From the IMG/VR virus record IMGVR_UViG_3300037312_000757: a stretch of DNA of 64,000 nucleotides. The stretch is one strand, 5' to 3'. A model generated the notes under the pieces. That model did not search any database. It was not told the DNA's origin and was given only the letters and a program-made list of their open reading frames with translations. Every line of letters starts with the position of its first letter. Within the stretch, counting starts at the first letter, position 1. The stretch comes from a virus (taxonomy: Duplodnaviria; Heunggongvirae; Uroviricota; Caudoviricetes). Positions 1-8,785 of the stretch are shown piece by piece. Position numbers and translations under genes: made by a program.

Positions 1-322
1 TTACTTTTGTAGGAACGGCTGAAGAGGTAATAAAACCACTATCATTTGTAAGTTGGCTAACGGCTGTTGGAACTGAAACTGTAGCCCATGACAGGTTACC
101 GCTTGCATCGGTCTTCAAATACTGACCGTTTGAGCCCAGTGATGTTGGCCAAAGAGCGCCGTTCAGAGCGATTGCTGTTGATGACAGCTTGAATGGTGAA
201 GAATTGCCAGCACCATCAACGACACTGCGCAATGTTGAGTCAAGTCCTGCACCAGTATTATCAAGCTTCAACAATTCCTGGTAAGAATCTTTTGGAGCAC
301 GATTAAAAAGTGATGAAGCCAT
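1..322 (-). CDS. Tail-fibre-like virion structural protein (3' end runs off the window)
   Basis: Manual translation from ATG at 322: MASSLFNRAPKDSYQELL...GQYLKTDASGNLSW...VPTAVSQLTNDSGFITSSAVPTKV, motifs typical of phage fibre proteins; AGGAG RBS and TAAATA at 351-356 upstream. Confidence 0.6.
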   Translation of the reverse strand, partial: MASSLFNRAPKDSYQELLKLDNTGAGLDSTLRSVVDGAGNSSPFKLSSTAIALNGALWPTSLGSNGQYLKTDASGNLSWATVSVPTAVSQLTNDSGFITSSAVPTKV

Positions 323-407
323 TTTCTCTCCTTAAAGAATGGTTCACTGATATTTATTGAAGTTGGAGAGGGAGAAAAAGCGCTCCAATTGAGCAGCCAG
401 ATGGTCG

Positions 408-436
408 AAAGGGGAACAGTGTTCCCCTTTGTTTTA
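408..436. terminator. Intrinsic terminator hairpin
   Basis: AAAGGGGAAC-AGT-GTTCCCCTTT inverted repeat with A/T flanks. Confidence 0.7.
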
Positions 437-553
437 CAGCTTGTCCCAAGTTGTGGTAGCTGAATTCCAAGTTGTAGAAATCTTGTTCCACATAGACTGG
501 ATCACGTAACCAAAGACCTTACCGAGGTTTGGTGCCAAGTGTGAAATCTTCAT
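434..553 (-). CDS. 39-aa small protein with periodic Trp, probably late-expressed
   Basis: MKISHLAPNLGKVFGYVIQSMWNKISTTWNSATTTWDKL; AGGGAG RBS; TAAATA at 588-593; below the ORF-track size cutoff. Confidence 0.6.
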   Translation of the reverse strand: MKISHLAPNLGKVFGYVIQSMWNKISTTWNSATTTWDKL

Positions 554-598
554 GCTCTTATCTCCCTGTATGCCACAGCGGCTCCGATATTTATCGTG

Positions 599-1012
599 TC
601 ACAGGCGAGAATAACTCGATGCAGAATCCGTATAAATGACTTTCTTGATATCGAATGCAGCGATTGCCATCTTACAACCGTCACAGGGGCAGCTGAAACC
701 CCAGCTACCATCTTTCATTACGCGCGCGACGTAAAGTGATGATTTCTTCAACTCGTCAGTTGAAAGGTGGTTAAGCGATTTCCGGATAGCACTTACCTCA
801 GCGTGAAGGAAGTATTTCTCTTCTTCCCGACTGAACTGTACCTGGAATGGATGGCTTTTGTATTCATTCCAGCCAATCGAAATGATTTCGTTCTTGTAGA
901 CGATCGCTGCTGCGTGTTTCGAGCCTTCATCTGGTGCGTTGTCCAGTGCTGCTCTTACCAATAATTGCATGATGCGGTCGTGCCTCTTCTGACTGGGCAC
1001 TTGTTCTGCCAT
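599..1012 (-). CDS. Zn-dependent cytidine/dCMP deaminase family protein
   Basis: HAE...PCDGC deaminase motifs. Confidence 0.85.
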   Translation of the reverse strand: MAEQVPSQKRHDRIMQLLVRAALDNAPDEGSKHAAAIVYKNEIISIGWNEYKSHPFQVQFSREEEKYFLHAEVSAIRKSLNHLSTDELKKSSLYVARVMKDGSWGFSCPCDGCKMAIAAFDIKKVIYTDSASSYSRL

Positions 1013-1078
1013 TCGTAGCTCCTTGTGCGCAGAAGTCTACGATTTGCCAGTTTGGAAAGCAAAATGCGCCACCTTATG

Positions 1079-1106
1079 TTGACAAGCTGCCAGACGCTAA
1101 TAGAAT
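1079..1106 (+). promoter_or_regulatory. Sigma70-type early promoter
   Basis: TTGACA-N16-TAGAAT upstream of the 1140 gene. Confidence 0.7.
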
Positions 1107-1139
1107 GCAAACAGTTTTACCTTTTATAAGAAGAACAAT

Positions 1140-1457
1140 ATGCCAATTTGTCTTTACCTTCCTGCGTTCGTTATTTCCTTCTATTCGATTCTGGCTTTTG
1201 CAACTGGTATCGACGGCTTCTCGACTCCACTCGAAACGTATTCACCTAAGAATATTGTCGAGCACCTCAAGTTCAGTCATCTGCTGATAGCGTTTGTGCT
1301 CAGCGCATTACCCTACTTGAATGTAGTGTTTGCTTTGATGGGGAGCGTCATCCTAGTTGCTGGTGCAGTCGTCGAAGCGTCCTTCTGGTTGTTCTCAACA
1401 AAGTTCATGTCACGCAAGGTCTTTCAGCCCAAGCGCAAGACCAGCAGGGGCGAATAA
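1140..1457 (+). CDS. Small membrane protein
   Basis: Hydrophobic segments, LPYLN motif shared with 1457..1756 and 21802..22032, basic tail. Confidence 0.6.
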   Translation: MPICLYLPAFVISFYSILAFATGIDGFSTPLETYSPKNIVEHLKFSHLLIAFVLSALPYLNVVFALMGSVILVAGAVVEASFWLFSTKFMSRKVFQPKRKTSRGE

Positions 1458-1756
1458 TGAATCAGCTTCTCTATGTCGCCTACATGGTGGTAGTTTGATA
1501 CGTTGCCGTAAACTGGGCAACGTCATGGACAGATCATTATCAACAAGAAACAGGCGATGATCGTATGCGGTTGTGGCTGACGATTCCCGAGTTTCAGCAA
1601 TTTGCCTCAGGTGGGTCGATCTTGTATGCAACGATCGTTTGTTTGATCCCTGGTATCAACATTCTATTCATGGCTGCTATGCTGATTACCTGGTTATTCA
1701 TGGGCAAACTCACTCACCGCTTTATATCTTGGCGACCATTCAAGAAAAAGCAGTGA
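1457..1756 (+). CDS. Small membrane protein with in-frame TGA at codon 14 (readthrough or nonsense allele)
   Basis: ATG overlaps the previous TAA; MNQLLYVAYMVVV*YVAVNW... is in frame with track ORF 1565..1756; TGA at 1496-1498. Confidence 0.6.
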
Positions 1757-1802
1757 TTGTATGGCACTTGCTCATCTGAACCGTTTATGTTAGAATGAAG
1801 AC

Positions 1803-2561
1803 ATGAAACTACATATCATGTCCGATCTGCACCTCGAACGCTGGAAGTTTGGTGACTACGAGCAGCCTGACTGCGATGCAATCGCTTTGGTTGGTGATAT
1901 CGGTCCCGGTTTCATGGGACTTGAGTGGATCAACCAAACGTTTGGTGGTGGCATCCCAGTGTTTTATGTGCCAGGTAATCACGAGTTCTATGGTGAACCG
2001 TTCAATCTGCACAGTGATCGGCTCGAGTTTCGTGCCAAAGAATATGGCGTGGAATTGCTGCAAAACCGTGCAGTTGAGCATAACGGCGTTCGTTTCATCG
2101 GCGCAACGTTGTGGACTGACTACAACTTGTACAACACCCGCGACCAAAGTATGATTGCTGCATCGCAAGTCATGAGTGACTACAAGGTGATTGATGTCGA
2201 CGACGAATGGTTTAACGGTCAGATCAAGCCGTACATGGTTCTGTCGGAACACGAATATTCGCGGAAGTTCATCATTGATGAATTGAATGCACCGTTTGAG
2301 GGGAAAACCGTCATATTGACGCACCATGCCCCTAGCGAACTGAGTGTCGGAGCAGAATACAAGGGTTCGAATCATTCACCCTATTACGCTTCTCGTCTCG
2401 AGAACTTGATGCTCGATCACAATATCGAGCTGTGGTGTCACGGTCATATCCATTCATCCAGTGACTACATGGTCGGCGATACGCGCGTTATAGCCAATCC
2501 TCGCGGTTCAGAACGTTCACCCAACCCGAATTTTGATTCCAAACTGGTAATTGAAATCTGA
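1803..2561 (+). CDS. Calcineurin-like metallophosphoesterase
   Basis: SDLH, GD, GNHE, THH, HGHIH motifs. Confidence 0.9.
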   Translation: MKLHIMSDLHLERWKFGDYEQPDCDAIALVGDIGPGFMGLEWINQTFGGGIPVFYVPGNHEFYGEPFNLHSDRLEFRAKEYGVELLQNRAVEHNGVRFIGATLWTDYNLYNTRDQSMIAASQVMSDYKVIDVDDEWFNGQIKPYMVLSEHEYSRKFIIDELNAPFEGKTVILTHHAPSELSVGAEYKGSNHSPYYASRLENLMLDHNIELWCHGHIHSSSDYMVGDTRVIANPRGSERSPNPNFDSKLVIEI

Positions 2562-2627
2562 TTACTGCTTGATTGCCATATCGTTCTCCGCAACAATATG
2601 GCAATCTTTCATTAGTCAGGTCAAATC

Positions 2628-2882
2628 ATGAATTGGGATTGGGTCGGGGTAGTTCTTGCCGTTTTCATGGTGCTAGTCATCATCATTGCTGTGCCGATGT
2701 CAATCGCATATACGGTCGAACTTGTCGGCAACATCGTTCACAAAGAGCCCTGGCGTCCTACATTCACCAAGCTAGGTGGGACGCTGCTGGTCATCGTCAA
2801 ATTCTGTTTCATCCTGCACAAAATCGTCGGCGTGATCTGGCACGTTTCGCCTTTGCTCGGTATCACGCTGTATATCAAGTAA
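2628..2882 (+). CDS. Hypothetical membrane protein
   Basis: Hydrophobic ORF co-oriented with neighbours. Confidence 0.55.
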   Translation: MNWDWVGVVLAVFMVLVIIIAVPMSIAYTVELVGNIVHKEPWRPTFTKLGGTLLVIVKFCFILHKIVGVIWHVSPLLGITLYIK

Positions 2883-2938
2883 CGCTTGCTGCCAGTTGTA
2901 GATGAATGTATCATCTGGCTAGTTAAAAATGCAAGGGA

Positions 2939-3343
2939 GTGTCAGTGGAAACGCCAACAGAAATCTTTCCGTTTGACTTGAGCAATGCTGTTGCTGAGCA
3001 TCTGTTCACGCAATTCATGCTCAACAACAAACGAATGACAGACCAGATTGAGCATCTCACCTGGTCGGAAGCCCGAGCCGTGGTCATCGATCATCAACAA
3101 GTACAGTTCGAAACGTTCACCGTCAACGTCAATTACGATTCGTACGACTTCGACAGGCGCGATAACGAACGTAGTTGGACCATGTTTTACTACAATGGCG
3201 AGCTCGACAAGTATATCAAAGAGCACAAGGTGCGGTTGGCTCTGCATGAGTTTGAGCGCCGCGAAGAAGAGCGCTTAAAAGCTGAGTTGCATGCTAAAGT
3301 TGCTCAAGTTTACCGCGAAATGTTTGGGGAGGACATAGCATGA
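2939..3343 (+). CDS. Hypothetical protein
   Basis: ORF with GGGAG RBS; ATGA overlap with the next gene. Confidence 0.6.
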   Translation: MSVETPTEIFPFDLSNAVAEHLFTQFMLNNKRMTDQIEHLTWSEARAVVIDHQQVQFETFTVNVNYDSYDFDRRDNERSWTMFYYNGELDKYIKEHKVRLALHEFERREEERLKAELHAKVAQVYREMFGEDIA

Positions 3344-3681
3344 CGCTTGATGAATTGATTGAAGGAATGACCCCCAAGTTCGCATTCCTGCTTGGTGGGC
3401 TGACAATTGCACACGGTGAACGCAAGCGTGCCCGCCAGATCGAAAAGGAACGCAAAGCAGAACGCGATAAGGCAAAGGAAGCACGAAGCAGACTGTTTGG
3501 CTTCTATGGTTCTGATGGTGAAATATCGCATTTGGATGATTGCGAGCAAAGACTCCGAGCTGCGGTTTCTGAGCGGGTAAGCAAAGAAAAGCACTTCAAG
3601 AAGCTCAGTCACGAATTCCAAGAAGCTGGTGGTGACCCTACTCTGATCGAAAAGTTGCAGGAAATTCTGAACAAGGCTTGA
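3340..3681 (+). CDS. Hypothetical coiled-coil protein
   Basis: GGAGG RBS, translational coupling. Confidence 0.6.
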   Translation: MTLDELIEGMTPKFAFLLGGLTIAHGERKRARQIEKERKAERDKAKEARSRLFGFYGSDGEISHLDDCEQRLRAAVSERVSKEKHFKKLSHEFQEAGGDPTLIEKLQEILNKA

Positions 3682-3737
3682 TCGGTTGCCAAATGGTTGT
3701 ATCATTTGGTACATGGTAAACAACAAGAGGGGTTTAA

Positions 3738-4094
3738 ATGTTCACACTTATTCTCGTTCTGACCGCAATGTACTTTCTGCTTACCGTCATCTGGGAGTCG
3801 AAAGATGCAAACATCGTGATCAAAGTTGGTCTCGGTATGCTCACTGCAATGGGAGCGGTGCTGATCGCAGCACACGAGTGCATCACAATCAACAACTTTC
3901 AGATGGCTGGGCTCTACAACAGGCAGTTGCTGCTCGGATACTTCGCAATGACCACGATCAACTTGCTGTGGTTTGCGATCATCTGGACACGTAAGAACTG
4001 GCTTAACCTTGGTATCAAAACCGGTTTTTTCTTCCTTGCATTCAGCACGATCTTTCAAATGGCCGTGATCACTAAGATTGTAACTATCGGCTAA
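3738..4094 (+). CDS. Hypothetical multi-pass membrane protein
   Basis: About 4 hydrophobic segments; early promoter/leader motif at 3678-3724. Confidence 0.65.
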   Translation: MFTLILVLTAMYFLLTVIWESKDANIVIKVGLGMLTAMGAVLIAAHECITINNFQMAGLYNRQLLLGYFAMTTINLLWFAIIWTRKNWLNLGIKTGFFFLAFSTIFQMAVITKIVTIG

Positions 4095-4103
4095 GGAGCG
4101 AAA

Positions 4104-4430
4104 ATGACACCGCTGATGATGATTTGCTTGCTGACAGTTGCATGTTTGCTCACGATGGTGTACACGACGCCAGGTTTTATTCTCGTGGGGTTCAAGCTGC
4201 CAGCAGCTATGGCTCTGGGTTTCGTGGGTGCGACCATCGTGATGTGCATTCACATGTTCGACTCGTACGGTGAGGCTCTGATCTGGTCGAGAGTGAACGC
4301 TACATTGATGTGGTGGCTGATCCCTAGTTGGCTTGTTTTGCTGACACCGTACAGCAAAAAGGTACGAGCCGCTCGCGCAGAGATCACGAAATCGGTCAAA
4401 GCCTACAAAGAGCAGAGACGACAGCGCTAA
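4104..4430 (+). CDS. Hypothetical membrane protein
   Basis: AAGGAG RBS, hydrophobic, basic C-terminus. Confidence 0.6.
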   Translation: MTPLMMICLLTVACLLTMVYTTPGFILVGFKLPAAMALGFVGATIVMCIHMFDSYGEALIWSRVNATLMWWLIPSWLVLLTPYSKKVRAARAEITKSVKAYKEQRRQR

Positions 4431-4531
4431 ACTGGCGAGAAGTTGAGTACAAAGATGGCACGCAACCAGCGTGCCATTCTGTTTTTCGTGTATCATACGT
4501 GCTCCCAACATAACAATAAAAAGAAAGGGCT

Positions 4532-6706
4532 ATGTTCGTACAAGGCAGCAATGTCGAGATCCAACGAAACGATCTCCTTCAAGAAAACGCGTTCAAGATC
4601 AAAGCAACCGGCAAGGCATTCAAAATCCTTTCGGATGGCTTGTATGCTGATAAGATCAAGGCAGTCATTCGTGAACTGAGCTGCAACGCGTTCGACGCTC
4701 ATGTGGCAGCGAAAACGACTGGTGTTCCTTTCGAGGTTCATTTGCCAAACCTGGTCGAACCGCACTTCACCGTGCGTGACTATGGTATCGGCCTGAGCAA
4801 GGAAGCGTGTCAGGAACTGTTCACGACATACTTTGAAAGTACGAAGACCACCAGCAACGATTTTATCGGGGCACTGGGGCTTGGTAGCAAGTCGCCTTTC
4901 AGCTATGTTGACGCATTCACTGTAATCAGCCGCTTCAATGGTATCAAGTACACGTTCAGCGCTTTCATCGGCGAAGATGAAATGCCGAAAATCGCGTTGA
5001 TGGGTGAAGAAACTACAACTGAAGGAAATGGTCTGGAAGTGTCGATGCCAGTTCGTCGCAATGATTTCAGTGTGTTTTCTGATCGCGCAATGACCGTGCT
5101 GAAGCGTTTCGACCCGATGCCAACAATCACTGGCAATGTGATCAATCTTCAGGTCGAAGAGCCGGTGATGCAAGGCTCGTGCTGGCAATTGATGAAGGGC
5201 ATGAACCATTATGGTTATTCGAACAAGGGTGCCGTCGCAATCCAGGGCAAGATCGAATACCCGTTGAACGTTGATGCGCTGCACGATTCGTTGACGCGTG
5301 CGCAGTTGACACTACTGCGTTATCCATTCGAACTTGATTTCGACATTGGTGATCTGGAAATTGCAGCCAGCCGTGAAGCGCTTGGCTACAAGCAACCAAC
5401 AATCAATGCGATTGCGAATAAGCTGGATGTGTTGATCGCAGAACTTCCAAAGGAATTCCAGACCAAGTTTGACAACGTCAGGACGATCTGGGAGGCACAT
5501 ATTGAATTCGCCAGCCTGTTCAACGGCAATACAAGTATGTCCTACATGCTGCGCGAGTTGAATTCGAGCAAAGCTCTGACGTTCACTGCACTTGGCAAGC
5601 AGATCGATTCGTCGAAGGTGAAGGTCAAGTACGCTGATTATCCTAGCATTGTGGTGCAAGAGTTTCATTCGTACGGACGCCCATCGACCACCACGTTCAA
5701 AGCTGCGGGCGAGGCAGCGAAGAACAATAGCCGCCATAATTCAGAATATTTCTCGATTGAAGCTGGCAATCATTGCTTGTTCTTCACGAACGATCTGAAG
5801 GTAGGTGCTGCTACTCGCGTTAGTCGCTTTACCAAGCAACGAAACAGCACGACAAGCTTCTTGGTGAGTGGTGATGAGGCAGACATCGAAAAGTTCTTCA
5901 AGGACCTTGGTGAGCCTCCTGTGCATGCCACGAGCGAGCTGCCAAAGCCAGTCAAATCGCAATCAACAAAGGTGAAGGCGCGTTCGTATTCATTGAAAGA
6001 TCGCCGCTGGTCAGTTGATAATGACATCGATCTGAACGACGATGAACCTGGTTTGTTCCTGTACTACGCTCGATGGACGTCGCACGTTGATATCAAGTCG
6101 ACTTGTGGCACGCTTACTGAACGTGTCCGCAGCTTGGGTGATTACGAGTTTGGGAACTTCGTTCAGATGCTGGTCGATTACAATGTAATCGACAAGGACA
6201 CGCGCATTGTTGGCTTGAACAAGATTACGTTCGACAAGCTTACTAAGAACGAAGATACGGAATGGGAAAACTTTGGCCACGCAGTCTCTGACGCATTTGT
6301 CAAGACTTGCCTTAGCAACCAGACCTATATGGATGAAGTGGCGGACATGAGCGCTGCTGACCAAGTTCGTGCTGATTATTACGTGACTCAGATGGTTGAT
6401 CGCTTCAAGGAACAACGTGGCAAGCTTGATGTGGCAAGCCCTATTCACGCGTTCATTGACAAGATCGAAACAGTGAAGAAGGTTGATTCATCGAAGGTCC
6501 GCCGCTTCCTGCAACTGGTTGATAACATGGGCCACACGCTGCAATCGTCGAATAAAGAATTCAACTACACGGACGATCTTGAAGCTCTCAAGTCACGTTA
6601 TGAAATGGTCACCGTGTGCGAGCCATATTACTGGGCTCGCCACATGGACAAGATTGTCAACTACGTGAACCAGATCGAAATGCTGCATCGTGCGCAGAAG
6701 GGTTAA
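4532..6706 (+). CDS. rIIA: RIIA-like protein (N-terminal GHKL ATPase)
   Basis: IRELSCNAFDAH, VRDYGIG, GALGLGSKSPF motifs; directly upstream of an rIIB-like gene. Confidence 0.9.
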   Translation: MFVQGSNVEIQRNDLLQENAFKIKATGKAFKILSDGLYADKIKAVIRELSCNAFDAHVAAKTTGVPFEVHLPNLVEPHFTVRDYGIGLSKEACQELFTTYFESTKTTSNDFIGALGLGSKSPFSYVDAFTVISRFNGIKYTFSAFIGEDEMPKIALMGEETTTEGNGLEVSMPVRRNDFSVFSDRAMTVLKRFDPMPTITGNVINLQVEEPVMQGSCWQLMKGMNHYGYSNKGAVAIQGKIEYPLNVDALHDSLTRAQLTLLRYPFELDFDIGDLEIAASREALGYKQPTINAIANKLDVLIAELPKEFQTKFDNVRTIWEAHIEFASLFNGNTSMSYMLRELNSSKALTFTALGKQIDSSKVKVKYADYPSIVVQEFHSYGRPSTTTFKAAGEAAKNNSRHNSEYFSIEAGNHCLFFTNDLKVGAATRVSRFTKQRNSTTSFLVSGDEADIEKFFKDLGEPPVHATSELPKPVKSQSTKVKARSYSLKDRRWSVDNDIDLNDDEPGLFLYYARWTSHVDIKSTCGTLTERVRSLGDYEFGNFVQMLVDYNVIDKDTRIVGLNKITFDKLTKNEDTEWENFGHAVSDAFVKTCLSNQTYMDEVADMSAADQVRADYYVTQMVDRFKEQRGKLDVASPIHAFIDKIETVKKVDSSKVRRFLQLVDNMGHTLQSSNKEFNYTDDLEALKSRYEMVTVCEPYYWARHMDKIVNYVNQIEMLHRAQKG

Positions 6707-6797
6707 TGAGTAAATAGATGGCAACTCGTAACAGCGGGTTGCCATCTAGATGCTTTAATTGGCAAAGTAGTAGAACACTCATAATAACAAGAATAAA

Positions 6798-7976
6798 ATG
6801 GCAAACGAACGTATCCCTTTCAGTGTCACGCCTACATCAGTCATCATCATGATGAATGGAAAGACGTACACACTAACCGAAGATTCACATATCAACTACG
6901 CCAAGATCCGCGAAGCTTTGAAAACCAAAGACTTCGACACGGTGCGCGAATTGATTGACGTTGCACAGTCGATCAATGTATTCGGCAACGGTAAGATCAA
7001 GGTAGTCAATGGCACTGTCATGTACGGTGACGTTGAGCTGCACAATGCTTTGACTGAGCGTTTGGTTCAGCAAATGGAAGAAGGCTTTGACGTCGATCCG
7101 ATGGTCAAGTTCCTTGAGAACCTCATGCAGAACCCGTCCAAGCGTGCGGTCGATGAGCTTTATCGCTTCCTTGAACACAACTCGCTGCCGATCACGGAAG
7201 ATGGACACTTTGTCGCATACAAGCGTGTGAAGTCCGACTACACGGACTTCTACACCGGCAAGATGGACAACTCGATCGGTTCAACACCAGAAATGCCGCG
7301 CAACATGGTTGATGACGACAAGGATCGAACCTGTTCGCAAGGTTTGCACTTCTGCTCGCTCGAATATTTGCCGCATTATCACAGCGGCCAGGGTCGCATC
7401 GTGATCCTCAAGATCAACCCAGCAGACGTGGTTAGCATCCCGACGGATTACAACAATGCGAAGGGCCGCGCTTGCAAGTATCTGGTGCTGGAAGATTACG
7501 AAGGCGACGAAACGACTGAGAAGTTCACATCTAGCGTTTACGAAACTGGTGATGATGCCAACACATCGAGCGAATGGGACAGCGAGTGGTATGCTGACCT
7601 CTACGCTAGTTCGTCGAGTGAAATGTTCGATGGTGACTACGTGGTTTGCTGGAGCTGCAACCATGAACTCACAGAAGACCAGCTGGCTGAGAACGATGGT
7701 TTGTGCCCTGCTTGTCACGCAGAAATCGAAGATGACGAAGACAAGGCAACGGTAAACGTCCAGGCTCCAGTAAGCACCACAGCGCAGTCTGGCACGCCGG
7801 CAGCCCAAGCTCAACACGCGGCTCAGAACACGCCCCCGCAGGGGATTCTGTACACCAAGGAACAAGCGGCAAAGCTGCTGAATATTAGCGCTGATGCCTT
7901 GCGCAAGCGTCTTGCTCGCGGTGTGTCAGTACAGCTCGTGGTTGTGAACGGTGCTGAACTTGTTCGCATTCTGTAA
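6798..7976 (+). CDS. rIIB: RIIB-like protein with extra Zn ribbon and C-terminal HTH
   Basis: ITEDGHFVAYK, CSQGLH, INPADVVSIPTDY...KGRACKY motifs; CWSC..CPAC; terminal HTH-like segment. Confidence 0.9.
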   Translation: MANERIPFSVTPTSVIIMMNGKTYTLTEDSHINYAKIREALKTKDFDTVRELIDVAQSINVFGNGKIKVVNGTVMYGDVELHNALTERLVQQMEEGFDVDPMVKFLENLMQNPSKRAVDELYRFLEHNSLPITEDGHFVAYKRVKSDYTDFYTGKMDNSIGSTPEMPRNMVDDDKDRTCSQGLHFCSLEYLPHYHSGQGRIVILKINPADVVSIPTDYNNAKGRACKYLVLEDYEGDETTEKFTSSVYETGDDANTSSEWDSEWYADLYASSSSEMFDGDYVVCWSCNHELTEDQLAENDGLCPACHAEIEDDEDKATVNVQAPVSTTAQSGTPAAQAQHAAQNTPPQGILYTKEQAAKLLNISADALRKRLARGVSVQLVVVNGAELVRIL

Positions 7977-7995
7977 GCTATAACACGCAACAACC

Positions 7996-8018
7996 TGGCA
8001 GGGGCAACCCTGCCATTT
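7996..8018 (+). terminator. Intrinsic terminator
   Basis: TGGCAGGG-GCAA-CCCTGCCA followed by TTT. Confidence 0.65.
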
Positions 8019-8023
8019 CTATC

Positions 8024-8785
8024 ATGATTTTCAAATTACTCGGAAAACTAGTCGATCGCTTTGAATGCAAACGCCCGCCATATGCTACTGGTGTGGAATG
8101 GGAAGAGTGGCAAAAAACTACAAAGAAGCAACAACCAATTCGTTACTTCCTGTTTGACACCATTCCGACCTTGTGCCGACGTTTGAACATTCGTCGCTTA
8201 CAACCGGTGAAGTATTGGTTCATTCATAGAACAACCAATCGTATGCATGTAGTAAAGCCAAAAACGTTGAAACCGGGCTATACCCATCGTGAAGATCGCA
8301 TGCTTCATACGTGCTTTCACGAGCTAACTACTTATGTTGAAGGTTCATTGGCTGCTCGTAACTTTTCATATTGGGAAGAAGGTCGTCCTGAAGGCAGGTC
8401 GGATCTGCGTTGGAAGTTTAGTTCAAAACGTAGACGGTCTACGCTTGCCAATCGCATTGAAGCTGGTGTACAGTATTTGGATTGGGAGATCAATGAGCCG
8501 ATGTGTGCTGGTTATCAAGCACAAGCCGCTAAAGAATTCAAGGATCTGTATTTGTGGTGGACTGTTCAACGTCCTCAACGTTTGGACGCGTGGAACGATG
8601 AGAAGCTAACCAGTCTCGAATCACCAGAAGATCGTACCCAACATGAAGGCCGGTTGTTCTCTAGTAACATACCGGCCTCTACGCGTTTGTATTGGGACTG
8701 CGCGACAGAACTGAATCAGTTTTATGAAGATCAAGATCAGAAAATGCTTGAAGCTCTGATCAAGGTTAGGCAGCGCCTGGATTAA
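8024..8785 (+). CDS. Hypothetical phage protein (Trp-rich)
   Basis: 253-aa ORF; no motif recognised. Confidence 0.65.
   Translation: MIFKLLGKLVDRFECKRPPYATGVEWEEWQKTTKKQQPIRYFLFDTIPTLCRRLNIRRLQPVKYWFIHRTTNRMHVVKPKTLKPGYTHREDRMLHTCFHELTTYVEGSLAARNFSYWEEGRPEGRSDLRWKFSSKRRRSTLANRIEAGVQYLDWEINEPMCAGYQAQAAKEFKDLYLWWTVQRPQRLDAWNDEKLTSLESPEDRTQHEGRLFSSNIPASTRLYWDCATELNQFYEDQDQKMLEALIKVRQRLD

Noticed and set aside
434-1012. Readthrough fusion of the deaminase (TGA) to the in-frame 39-aa ORF
   Set aside because: In frame with no intervening stop, but the small ORF has its own TAAATA and RBS, so chance phasing is the simpler explanation
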